A stretch of DNA of 64,000 nucleotides from Spirochaetia bacterium. GTDB taxonomy: Bacteria; Spirochaetota; Spirochaetia; DSM-2461. The position numbers and the translations under genes are program-made. The notes under the pieces were generated by a model. That model saw nothing but the letters and a program-made list of their open reading frames with translations. It ran no database searches and was not told the origin of the DNA. This document shows positions 50,959 through 60,042 of the stretch, one piece after another. The stretch is from assembly GCA_963666985.2 (NCBI GenBank), contig CAXXIA010000001.1, positions 864,001 through 928,000 on the forward strand. Direction: 5' to 3'. Within the stretch, counting starts at the first letter, position 1. The number at the start of each line of letters is the position of its first letter.

Positions 50959-52351
50959 GACGCCGCATCATCCATACCCACGTTTTTGCCTTATCTTCAA
51001 GCCACAGTGCTTTTTCCAGAGTTTTCCCGAGTCCGTTTTCGGCATGATGAGAATAACTGAAACCGTCTCTGAAATGGCGGATTTTCTTAAGACCGCCGAC
51101 GCGTCTGACAATGGGAAGGGCGCCGGAGAGCTGTCCGATCATATCGATCTGCCCGCAGGGTTCCCAGAGCGAAGGAACGATGACGAAGGAGGATGCGCAA
51201 AAAAGCCGGTTGGTCCAATCTTTATCGTAACCGTTGAAGAAAGTCCAATGATCCGATCGGTCGCATTGAGCCTCCAGAGCGTCTTCCCAAACCGGATCAC
51301 CCTGACCATAGACAATCATCGCATAGGGTATGGAGGTGTGTTTCACAATCGGCAGGCCGAGCAGTTCCTCCATGCCTTTCTGCTCGGTGAAGCGGTTATG
51401 AAAGAGAACCCAGGGAACCGACGGATCGGGGCAGGCCCCGATATATTCGATTCCTTCGGGCAAACCTTGGTAGATCATGGCGGTGATTTCCCGGCGCATG
51501 GTCTCTTTATGAAAGGATTTCCCTTTTTCAGCGGATGCGCAGAATCCCCATAATCGGGGATCGATTCCGTTCGTTATTCCCTTGGGACGAAGACCGATAT
51601 TTCTGTAAGCGGCGCCCAGTCCTCCCGTATATTGATCTTTCTTGGAAATAATCTCACGAGCGTAGCCGGGTGAAACCGTATTAACTTCGGCGAAAATGCC
51701 CGCAATCAAGAGCGGGTTGACTTTCCCGTTGAGCAAACCGAGCCTCAGGTCCTCTTGGGAAAGTCCCGTCATCATTTCGGTCCTCTCCGGTGAGCCGAGG
51801 GCCTGCTGGTAGGCTTCTCCCGCATTGTGGATTGTAATCAGAACGCCCGTTCGTTCGAAAAAGCCGCCCTTTGCGGCATAGGGTTTGATGTAAAGGGGAA
51901 GAAGACCCGTATGTCCGTCATGTCCGTGAATGATGTCGGGAGGGCTTTCCTCTTCGAGAAGAGAACGGACCGCGCCGGACTGCAGAAGAACGTTCATCTG
52001 ATGAACATCAAGATGTCCTTTGCCGATCAATTCGGGCGAAGGCGCATCCTCTTCGGTGTATGTGTAGACCGCTTTCTTGTTTTGAAAGGCTTCCGCCGAC
52101 AAAAGGATGATTCTGATGCCGCCAAGGAAGCGAACGGACGCGCTTACCGTTACGAATTGACCGTTCACGGGTATCGAATAATCGCCGATTTTTTCTCCGG
52201 GTTCGACAAAACCGTATAAAGGCAGAACGACGGTGGTTTCGATTCCGCTTTCACTTAAGGCGTCGGCGATGCCGCGTACGGCGTCTTTGAGTCCTCCCGC
52301 TTCGGCCACGCCTTCCATTTCACGGGAGACGATACAGACTTTGCGAATCAT
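50816..52351 (-). CDS. glgA: Glycogen/starch synthase (GT5)
   Basis: EAGGLKD, HGHDGH, TIHN, GITNGID, PSLWEPCG, VGGL. Confidence 0.85.
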   Translation of the reverse strand: MIRKVCIVSREMEGVAEAGGLKDAVRGIADALSESGIETTVVLPLYGFVEPGEKIGDYSIPVNGQFVTVSASVRFLGGIRIILLSAEAFQNKKAVYTYTEEDAPSPELIGKGHLDVHQMNVLLQSGAVRSLLEEESPPDIIHGHDGHTGLLPLYIKPYAAKGGFFERTGVLITIHNAGEAYQQALGSPERTEMMTGLSQEDLRLGLLNGKVNPLLIAGIFAEVNTVSPGYAREIISKKDQYTGGLGAAYRNIGLRPKGITNGIDPRLWGFCASAEKGKSFHKETMRREITAMIYQGLPEGIEYIGACPDPSVPWVLFHNRFTEQKGMEELLGLPIVKHTSIPYAMIVYGQGDPVWEDALEAQCDRSDHWTFFNGYDKDWTNRLFCASSFVIVPSLWEPCGQIDMIGQLSGALPIVRRVGGLKKIRHFRDGFSYSHHAENGLGKTLEKALWLEDKAKTWVWMMRRHAENIVYGKRSWRKVLVRGYLPLYRKAIRNIRHLRSFRHEQSGRNDS

Positions 52352-52719
52352 CCCGTGCTGAAAAGGTCGGGCCGCAGAGCGGCGGCATCGCCGAGATAAA
52401 CCGGTTTTCCGGGAGATGTTCCCCGAAATGTTACGAGAATTCTAACGGTTTTGGGCATCATTCCCTCAACATTCGGTTCCTGAGCACAGAATAGAGGAAC
52501 GTTTGAGTATGCCGGAGCGGCTTCCCTGAGAGCCGCGGCCGCGTTTTTCTTCCCAAGGTCGGCCGTTTGCGTGAATTGGATGCTTATTATGTCTTGAGGC
52601 CGAAACAGGTTGGCTTTTTCAAGTTCTTCCATGAGGGAACCTATGCCTTCAGTCATGGTTGCGGCTTCATCATCGTCAAGGGTTGCGGCGCCTCTGACGG
52701 CGACGATGTTTGTTGTCAT
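52348..52719 (-). CDS. aroH: Chorismate mutase, AroH class
   Basis: AVRGAAT, FTQTADL, PLFCAQE, VYLGDAAALRPDL. Confidence 0.9.
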   Translation of the reverse strand: MTTNIVAVRGAATLDDDEAATMTEGIGSLMEELEKANLFRPQDIISIQFTQTADLGKKNAAAALREAAPAYSNVPLFCAQEPNVEGMMPKTVRILVTFRGTSPGKPVYLGDAAALRPDLFSTG

Positions 52720-52768
52720 TCGGAAAAGATATCCTAAATGCGTGAATTACGTTAAGCCGTTCGCCGAA

Positions 52769-53710
52769 TCAGGGCCGTCTCAGCAGAAGCAGATCGGACG
52801 GCCTCCCGCGAGTTTCGGGAAGGACGAACGCCGGAACAATGGAGCCGTTGAAGAACCGGAGAGGCGGCGCAAACCGGAATGTGATCGGAAGCCATTCGGA
52901 TGTTCCGTTCGGAGAAGCCGAGTTCCCGGAGTTCGTCATGACTTCGGATGTTATGATTTCACCATCGATTTTCAGAGAGACATCGGCCGGTCGGCTTTGG
53001 GGGTCGGCCAAAAAAAATCCCGATAGCATAACGCTGCCGCCTTCCATGTTCATTTCGCCGAATCGCCAGCGGGAGGCTGTGAAAATAACGACAATCAGGA
53101 TTCTGTTTTTGTTCAGATACCGCAAGCCGACGCCCATGCTTGTCCAGTCGGGATTGAGGATGGAGCCGCGATGAGAGGGGCTGTTCATCCACCCTTCCAA
53201 AATCAGCGCAACGGAATCTCCGGCACCGAGGATTTCTCCGGAGAGAAGTGCCGTTCCTCCCGTACGGCGATAACGTTCGTTGACACGGCTTCCATCCGAT
53301 CCGCTGTGGCTGAGACTGCGGAGGTTCAGGAGTTCTTCGGCATGATTATCGGCGGCCTCGGAAGCGGCTTTCTCGCAGAGAAGGGGTGTGAGCGCAGAGT
53401 CGGTTCGGATGGAATTGATGCCGTTTCGGAGAAGCGCTTCTTCCCTCGCCGCTCTTTCGTCGCCCGCGGTTTCCTCTCCCGCCGCCGAAGGTAGAGATGG
53501 ACCGAGCAGAAAGATGATCATACCGAGAAAGAAAAAACTTGAAGCCTTTTTTTTTGTGGATTTCCTTACAACGCCGGCGTCGGAAGGTCCGTTATAAAAA
53601 GACCTTCCCTTAGGGTGCACCGATTGAAGGGGAACGATCATTCGTGAAAGAAAAGGCGCCGGACCGGTCATATGACGGAATTTGAAGCGATATCTTGAGA
53701 AGCGAGGCAT
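52769..53710 (-). CDS. CAP/SCP-domain exported protein (start uncertain)
   Basis: LSHSGSDGS, GEILG, WMNSPSHRGSIL. Confidence 0.8.
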   Translation of the reverse strand: MPRFSRYRFKFRHMTGPAPFLSRMIVPLQSVHPKGRSFYNGPSDAGVVRKSTKKKASSFFFLGMIIFLLGPSLPSAAGEETAGDERAAREEALLRNGINSIRTDSALTPLLCEKAASEAADNHAEELLNLRSLSHSGSDGSRVNERYRRTGGTALLSGEILGAGDSVALILEGWMNSPSHRGSILNPDWTSMGVGLRYLNKNRILIVVIFTASRWRFGEMNMEGGSVMLSGFFLADPQSRPADVSLKIDGEIITSEVMTNSGNSASPNGTSEWLPITFRFAPPLRFFNGSIVPAFVLPETRGRPSDLLLLRRP

Positions 53711-54054
53711 CAGCCCGGAGGCCAGGTGAGCCTTCTTCCGCCGAGGATGTGGGCATGAAGGTATTCAACGTCCTGTCCGCCGTCGTCGCCGTTGTTCAGA
53801 ACGATCCGGTATCCGGGACCGTCCAGTCCCAATAAAGACGCTGTTTTGGAAACGGCGCGGAAAAACTTTCCGGTTTCTTCAAGCGGTTTTTCGGCAAGTT
53901 CGGAGAAACGGGCCGTGCGGATTTTCGGGATAACCAGCACATGCACCGGGGCCTGAGGATTAATATCCCTGAAGGCCAAAACATCATCGTCTTCGTAGAC
54001 TTTATCCGCCGGGATATCTCCGGCCAGAATTTTGTCAAAAATCGTATCGTTCAT
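53710..54054 (-). CDS. Histidine triad nucleotide-binding protein
   Basis: TIFDKI, AFRDINPQAPVHVLVIPK, YLHAHILGG; SD GGAGAG. Confidence 0.93.
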   Translation of the reverse strand: MNDTIFDKILAGDIPADKVYEDDDVLAFRDINPQAPVHVLVIPKIRTARFSELAEKPLEETGKFFRAVSKTASLLGLDGPGYRIVLNNGDDGGQDVEYLHAHILGGRRLTWPPG

Positions 54055-54070
54055 AGACTCTCCATTTCTT

Positions 54071-54625
54071 TTATACATCCTTCCGCGCCGATTGCGGAAG
54101 ATTTCGGATTATTCCGGACTGATCGCCGGATTGAACATCCAGGCTCATGCTCGTCATGATTTCCCCGTCGAAGATAAATCGTCCCCGAAAGGGCTGTTCC
54201 CTCAGCAGAAGAGGCAGCCACCAGGAATCGTCGGCCCACATGTTTTCGTATGGGATTTCATCCTCATTGCACCAGAAGGGATCGGCTTCGTCCGTTTCCG
54301 CCGGCTCTCCTTCCCAGGTATCGCTGCTGAAAACATAGCCTCTGATGGAATGGCCGCCTGAGAATTGGAAGAAAAGGTCGCCGCGATGGACGGGATTGAG
54401 GGCGTTCATGCCGACTTCTTCCTGCGTTTCACGAACGGCCGCCTGAATCGGTGTTTCGCCTTTCTCGATCCGGCCGCCGGGGGCGTTGATTAAACCGGCT
54501 CCAAGGCCCGTTTTCTTATGCATCAGGAGCATCCGGCTGTTTTCTCGGTCTCGAATAAAGCAGAGAACCGCCTCTTCAACCGGTTTCCAAGTTTCGGGAT
54601 TAATCTCTCGGGCCGTTTTTATCAT
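54071..54625 (-). CDS. Nudix hydrolase (8-oxo-dGTP diphosphatase-like)
   Basis: Nudix box GGRIEKGETPIQAAVRETQEEVG; MWADD. Confidence 0.9.
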   Translation of the reverse strand: MIKTAREINPETWKPVEEAVLCFIRDRENSRMLLMHKKTGLGAGLINAPGGRIEKGETPIQAAVRETQEEVGMNALNPVHRGDLFFQFSGGHSIRGYVFSSDTWEGEPAETDEADPFWCNEDEIPYENMWADDSWWLPLLLREQPFRGRFIFDGEIMTSMSLDVQSGDQSGIIRNLPQSARKDV

Positions 54626-54761
54626 GGATTACAGACTAGCATACTTGGATTTTTTTTATGTAGTGCCGCGGTGGATCTTTCGATGGTAAGAAGACGATTG
54701 GGTTCTGCCCGGGAAAGTCGGCAAAATCGGAAAAAATGTCTTCCTGCGGTTCATAGAACCG

Positions 54762-54930
54762 ATTTCGTCGCCCGGAGAAAGGCTGCATCGTTTAGCAAGG
54801 ACGGCTGAGCCCGAACAGTTCCGAAGGGACGAGAGTAAGAAGACGGGGGACTGCCTCCGGTCCGCACCGCACGGCAAGGAAGCCGCCTTTTAAGAGAAAC
54901 GAAGCCGGCACGGGGGGGCAGCCGGCTTTA
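54762..54930 (+). ncRNA. Candidate structured RNA of unassigned family (6S-like or leader), strand uncertain
   Basis: Long-range pairings TTCGT/ACGAA and AAAGGC/GCCTTT, inner GGAC/GTCC; ends in hairpin AAGCCGGC/GCCGGCTT; no credible ORF. Confidence 0.4.
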
Positions 54931-55066
54931 TGCTCCTAATTGTTGCCGGATGCCGCGTATTCCGGATCGGAATTAATTTTTGCATCGGAGCTTCTTCCGT
55001 TCACAAGAATCACCGGCTCGTGCTACTCTCAACCCCGAAACGATTTGACGGAGAAAGTGAAACACA

Positions 55067-57103
55067 ATGGCAGAGAGCGGAAAAGCTGTCAGGAACATCG
55101 GCATCATGGCCCATATCGATGCGGGCAAAACGACGACAACCGAGCGTATTCTTTTTTATACACATAAAAGTCATAGAATCGGCGAGGTGGATGAAGGTAC
55201 GGCCACGATGGACTGGATGACCCAGGAGCAGGATCGCGGCATTACCATTGTTTCGGCGGCCACGACATGTTTCTGGAATGATACGCAGATTAATATTATC
55301 GATACTCCCGGACATGTGGATTTCACGGCCGAAGTGGAGCGTTCACTGCGGGTTCTCGACGGCGCCGTGGGTGTTTTCTGCGCCGTCGGAGGCGTGGAAC
55401 CGCAATCCGAAACGGTCTGGCGTCAGGCGGATCGATACCACGTTCCCAGAATCGCTTATATTAACAAAATGGACCGCATCGGCGCCGATTTTTTTGAGGT
55501 TGTCGATGAGATTCGTGAAAAACTCGGAGCCAATCCCATCCCTCTTTTTCTGCCCATCGGCAGTGAATCGGCTTATGAAGGAAATATCGATCTAATCGAT
55601 ATGAAGGAGCTTCATTGGGATATGGATCCGGAGGGTTCCGAGATCCGCTACTCGGAAATACGGGATGAACTCAAGCCTCTCGCCGAGAAATGGCGGGATA
55701 AAATGCTCGATGATCTTTCGGCCTACAGCGATGAAATGACCGAACTCTATCTTGAAGGGAAGCCTGTTGATAAAGCACTGATTTATCGAACTCTTCGCGA
55801 AGCAACGATGGCGCGGAACGTTATACCCGTTCTGGTCGGCTCTTCGCTGAAAAACAAAGGCGTTCAGCCGGTGCTCGACGCGGTCCTGGCCTACCTCCCC
55901 GCCCCCGAAGAACTTGAGCCTGTATCCGCTCTTCACGCGAAGAAGGAAGAGACCGTAAAGTTGGAGCGAAGCGACAAGGAACATCTCTCCGCTCTGGTCT
56001 TTAAGATTCAGCACGATCGCGAAATGGGCATGCTCTGCTATATACGGGTTTATTCGGGCGTTCTGAAATCCGGAACCGCGGTGTTTAACGTCAACGATAA
56101 GAAAAGGGAGAGGCTGAACCGCCTGCTCCGCATGCATGCCAATCATCATGAACAGATTTCGGAACTTAAGGCCGGCGATATCGGTGTGGCCATCGGCTTA
56201 AAGCTCGCCAGAACCGGAGAAACTTTGGCTTCCGAAGGATTTCCGGTAATCCTTGAGAAAATGGAATTCCCGGAGCCCGTTATCTCGGTCGCCATCGAAC
56301 CCAAGACCATGAGCGATCAGGATAAGCTGCGCGGCGCGCTGGATAACCTAATGAAAGAGGATCCCACATTCGGAGTGAAGGAAAACGAAGAAACGGGACA
56401 GCTGATTATTTCCGGAATGGGTGAACTTCATCTGGAGGTTCTTGTTACACGGGTTCTCGATGAATATAAGGTTGAGGCGAATGTCGGTAAGCCTCAAGTT
56501 ACCTATCGGGAGACGATTACCGTAGCGAAAACCGTCAAGGAAACTTATCAGAAGACCTTGGCCGGCAAGGACCATGAAGCAACCGTTACCATCACGGTTG
56601 AGCCCAGAAAGCGAGGCGAAGGCAATCTGTTTGAATCGAAACTTTCTCTCGGGAAGCTGCCGGCCGCATTTCAGGAAGCCGTGCGCCGCGGGATTGAAGC
56701 CTCATTTCCTTCGGGGATTGTTATGGGATATCCGGCCGTGGACATTAAAGCAACGCTGGTTGAGGCCTCTTTCAATGAAGCCACGGCCAGTGAAATCGCG
56801 TTTGAAACGGCGGCCGCTCTCGGTTTCGATAATGCCTGCAGGGATGCTTCACCCATTCTCCTGGAACCCGTGATGGAGGTGGATGTGATGTGTCCGAGTG
56901 AACAAGTGGGTGATGTTATCAGCAACCTCACTCAAAGAGGCGGACATGTTGAGTCCATGGAGTCCCGAACGGCTTATGAATTGGTTAAATCGAAGGCCCC
57001 TCTGGTGAATATGTTCGGGTATTCAACGACGCTGAGAAGTTTGACTCAGGGCCGCGGGACATTCTCCATGGAATTCAGCCATTTCGCGGAAAAATCGAAA
57101 TAA
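55067..57103 (+). CDS. fusA: Elongation factor G paralogue with intact GTPase motifs and divergent domain IV (spirochaete EF-G2/recycling-type by inference)
   Basis: [33 protein letters not shown] present; lacks GGxGQY and HxVDSS. Confidence 0.9.
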   Translation: MAESGKAVRNIGIMAHIDAGKTTTTERILFYTHKSHRIGEVDEGTATMDWMTQEQDRGITIVSAATTCFWNDTQINIIDTPGHVDFTAEVERSLRVLDGAVGVFCAVGGVEPQSETVWRQADRYHVPRIAYINKMDRIGADFFEVVDEIREKLGANPIPLFLPIGSESAYEGNIDLIDMKELHWDMDPEGSEIRYSEIRDELKPLAEKWRDKMLDDLSAYSDEMTELYLEGKPVDKALIYRTLREATMARNVIPVLVGSSLKNKGVQPVLDAVLAYLPAPEELEPVSALHAKKEETVKLERSDKEHLSALVFKIQHDREMGMLCYIRVYSGVLKSGTAVFNVNDKKRERLNRLLRMHANHHEQISELKAGDIGVAIGLKLARTGETLASEGFPVILEKMEFPEPVISVAIEPKTMSDQDKLRGALDNLMKEDPTFGVKENEETGQLIISGMGELHLEVLVTRVLDEYKVEANVGKPQVTYRETITVAKTVKETYQKTLAGKDHEATVTITVEPRKRGEGNLFESKLSLGKLPAAFQEAVRRGIEASFPSGIVMGYPAVDIKATLVEASFNEATASEIAFETAAALGFDNACRDASPILLEPVMEVDVMCPSEQVGDVISNLTQRGGHVESMESRTAYELVKSKAPLVNMFGYSTTLRSLTQGRGTFSMEFSHFAEKSK

Positions 57104-57210
57104 ATGCACGCTCCCGTAAAAATTAACGGAACTTTTCGATAGAGTCGGCTGTAAAAATGAATTTCATTGTCTATACTTTTATCCAACAGCTCTTTGGAGG
57201 CAAAAAAAGA

Positions 57211-57651
57211 ATGAAAAAAGTATTGATGATCGGGATTCTGTTTTTAGCGGCCGCGGCGGCTTTCGCGGGGGATTCTTCCGGAGGAATTGAGGCGGATCCG
57301 AAACTGGTCGGCCGATGGGAATGGATCAGCATGAAAGTTTTAGCCGCGTCGATTGAGACCGGAAGCAATTCAAGTAATTACATTCTTGAATTTATCAGCG
57401 GAGGCGGATTCGCCGTAAAAGCGGACTGCCGGAACGGAAAAGGAACATACCGGACTTCGGGCGGATCGGTTGTCAATATCGGCATCGACAGCATCGACGA
57501 CGGCGATTGCGGAGCCGGATCCCATGCAAATGAGTTTATTGATTTGCTGAATGAGGGTTCTTTTATTTATTCCTTCGAGGACGGCGGATCCACGCTGATG
57601 ATTCAATTCGCGAATAAAACCGGAACCGCGATTTTTAAGAGTATAAGATAA
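57211..57651 (+). CDS. Exported META-domain-like protein
   Basis: Signal peptide ending AFA; LVGRWEW, ADCRNGKGTY and a second Cys; SD GGAGG. Confidence 0.65.
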   Translation: MKKVLMIGILFLAAAAAFAGDSSGGIEADPKLVGRWEWISMKVLAASIETGSNSSNYILEFISGGGFAVKADCRNGKGTYRTSGGSVVNIGIDSIDDGDCGAGSHANEFIDLLNEGSFIYSFEDGGSTLMIQFANKTGTAIFKSIR

Positions 57652-57672
57652 ACTTGAGCCATTCTTCATTTT

Positions 57673-57703
57673 AAAAAAAGGGTCCGCTTTGGGGCCCTTT
57701 TTT
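57673..57703. terminator. Intrinsic terminator with bidirectional geometry
   Basis: AAAAAAAGGGTCC-GCTTTG-GGGCCCTTTTTT. Confidence 0.75.
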
Positions 57704-57775
57704 CATTTTCCGTGAAAGATCAATGCTTGAAACTGTTGGAGCCCTCTTCGTACGCAGGCAAATTGAAGATTTTAT

Positions 57776-57804
57776 TTGACGGCGTGTAAAACCTGTCGTA
57801 GGAT
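57776..57804 (+). promoter_or_regulatory. Putative sigma70 promoter for the second EF-G gene
   Basis: TTGACG-17 nt-TAGGAT. Confidence 0.6.
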
Positions 57805-57953
57805 TCGTTATCTTTTGATTAAAAAAGGTCTTTTTTGTCATTTTTTCCTTTTCCATGACGAAGAGACCTTCCTCGCGTAGCTTCGGAGCGGGCCGTTGGG
57901 GCTTCGTTCCATTTTCTTCGCAGGAACTTCAACAATCCCGAGGAGGATCTTTC

Positions 57954-59993
57954 ATGGCCGCTTCCATGAACGCCATCCGTAATATTGCCGTTTGCGGACA
58001 TGGCAGTACAGGTAAAACAACTCTTGTGGAGCAGATGCTGTTCCGTGCGGGTGTTATTCCCAAAGCCGAAACCGTCGAATCAGGCAAGACCGTCAGCGAT
58101 TATCTCGATGACGAAATCGAGCATAAGTTCTCCGTTCATACCAGTTTGATGAATCTTCCGTGGAATGACGCGGTCGTTAACGTCCTTGATACCCCCGGTT
58201 CCGCCGACTTCGTCGGAGAAGTTGTGGCATCGTTCCGTGCCGCCGAAACCGCCGTTATGGTTATCAGTGCTCCCGCGGGTATTCAGATCGAAACCGTCAA
58301 ATTATGGCGGAGGCTGGACAACAGGAATCTTCCTCGGATTGTTTTTATCAATAAGATGGATCAGGAACGGGCCGATTTCCAGAAATCCTTAGAGGAAGTC
58401 AAGGAAGCTTTCGGCGTAACGGCGGTTCCGCTGAATCTCCCTCTCGGCCAGGAAGCGGCACATCGGGGAATTGTCGACATTCTTCATATGAAAGCCATCA
58501 AGGCCGGCGGCGAAACCGAAGATATCCCTTCGGATATGATGGACGAAGTTTCGCAATGGCGCGAGAAGCTCATTGAAATGGCAGCCGAAGGCGACGATGA
58601 GCTTACCGAGAAGTTCTTTGATGAAGGAACTTTGGAAGGACCGGACATTATAAAAGGCCTTATGGAAGGTATGGCCGGAAATACATTCGTTCCCGTGCTT
58701 TGCGGATCGGCTCATATCGGTTCCGGGATTAGCGACTTGTTGAACATTATCACCGAACTGTGTCCCCCGCCCGGACGGGAAAAAGAACCTGTTGAAAACG
58801 GAGAGGGTATTTCTTATTCCGAAGATGGAGAGTTCACAGGTTTCGTTTATAAAACATCCATAGATAAGTTCTCCGGAAAAATCAGCTATTTAAAGGTTGT
58901 GAGCGGAACTCTGAAGCCCGGAGAAATTTTTAATTCCCGCGTTGAAAAGAAGGAACGTGTTACCAAGCTTTATCGGGTTAACGGAAAAACGCTGAAGGAA
59001 GTCACCGAACTTACAAGCGGTAACCTCGGCGCCGTCGTTAAGCTGGATTCGGTCCATACCAACGATTCGCTTTCCGTTTCGGCTCCGGGAGTCCATTTTA
59101 AGCCTCTTGCTCTTCCCACCCCCGTTCATACTCTTGCCATCAGCGCGGAGAATCAGAAGGACGAGGATAAGATGAACGACTTCCTGCATAAAATCGCCGA
59201 GCAGGATTTAACGTTCAGGATTAAGTTTGACGAGGAAACCAAGGAAACCGTTGTCTCCGGCATGGGAGAAATGCACATCAACAACATCTTTGAGAAATTG
59301 TTCAACGAATCCAAAATCAAGGCACTTACCCGAAAGCCAAGAGTCCCTTACAGGGAAACCATAACCAAAGTCGCGGACGCCGAATACACCCATAAAAAAC
59401 AGTCGGGCGGTCATGGCCAATACGGACGCGTCCTCATTAAGGCAAAGCCTCTTGAACGCGGTGAGGATTTTGAGCTCACGAACGATATCAAGGGCGGTTC
59501 GGTCAGCAAAGGCTATTTCCCCGGCATTGAGAAGGGCCTTAGGGAAGCCATGGCCGATGGATTCCTTGCCGGTTATCCCATGGTTGATATCGGAGTCAGT
59601 GTTTATGACGGGAAAGAACATCCCGTGGATTCTTCGGAAATGGCTTTTAAGCTGGCGGCCAAGATGGCGCTGCGCAAAGCTTTCGAAACCGCCGGTTCCG
59701 TTCTTTTGGAACCCATGGTGAATCTGACGGTTTATGTTGAGGATCAGTATCTGGGAGATGTTTTATCCGATTTGTCCACGAAACGGGGACGGGTTCAGGA
59801 TCAGTCGCCGATCGGCGGAGGAATCCAATCGATAAAAGCAATCGTACCGCAAGGTGAGCTGCTTACTTATGCCATCGACATGAAGGCGCTCACCTCAGGA
59901 ACCGGCGCTTATGAAATTGAATTCAGTCACTATGAACCGGTATCGGGCAAGGTGTCTCAGGACATCATAGCCGCGAGTCAAAAAGAAGAGTAA
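57954..59993 (+). CDS. Elongation factor G-like protein (EF-G II class) with degenerate G domain
   Basis: GHGSTGKTT, HKFSV replacing RGITI, DTPGSADF; domain IV KKQSGGHGQYG and HPVDSSEMAF intact; SD GAGGAGG. Confidence 0.9.
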   Translation: MAASMNAIRNIAVCGHGSTGKTTLVEQMLFRAGVIPKAETVESGKTVSDYLDDEIEHKFSVHTSLMNLPWNDAVVNVLDTPGSADFVGEVVASFRAAETAVMVISAPAGIQIETVKLWRRLDNRNLPRIVFINKMDQERADFQKSLEEVKEAFGVTAVPLNLPLGQEAAHRGIVDILHMKAIKAGGETEDIPSDMMDEVSQWREKLIEMAAEGDDELTEKFFDEGTLEGPDIIKGLMEGMAGNTFVPVLCGSAHIGSGISDLLNIITELCPPPGREKEPVENGEGISYSEDGEFTGFVYKTSIDKFSGKISYLKVVSGTLKPGEIFNSRVEKKERVTKLYRVNGKTLKEVTELTSGNLGAVVKLDSVHTNDSLSVSAPGVHFKPLALPTPVHTLAISAENQKDEDKMNDFLHKIAEQDLTFRIKFDEETKETVVSGMGEMHINNIFEKLFNESKIKALTRKPRVPYRETITKVADAEYTHKKQSGGHGQYGRVLIKAKPLERGEDFELTNDIKGGSVSKGYFPGIEKGLREAMADGFLAGYPMVDIGVSVYDGKEHPVDSSEMAFKLAAKMALRKAFETAGSVLLEPMVNLTVYVEDQYLGDVLSDLSTKRGRVQDQSPIGGGIQSIKAIVPQGELLTYAIDMKALTSGTGAYEIEFSHYEPVSGKVSQDIIAASQKEE

Positions 59994-60042
59994 GCCACGC
60001 TCGGCGGCCGCCCAACCCGGCCTCCGCGCTGAAAAGGAGCCG

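Noticed and set aside
54850..54890. Partial resemblance to the SRP RNA helix 8, the c-di-GMP-I P2 stem and the glmS ribozyme
   Set aside because: Required core motifs (CAGG-x-GNRA-x-AGCA; GGCAAAC/GCAAA; AGCGC/GACGAGG with correct spacing) are missing, so the region is left unassigned
54911..54919. G7 run as a phase-variation tract
   Set aside because: Short, non-coding and located in a hairpin loop; no evidence of variability from a single sequence
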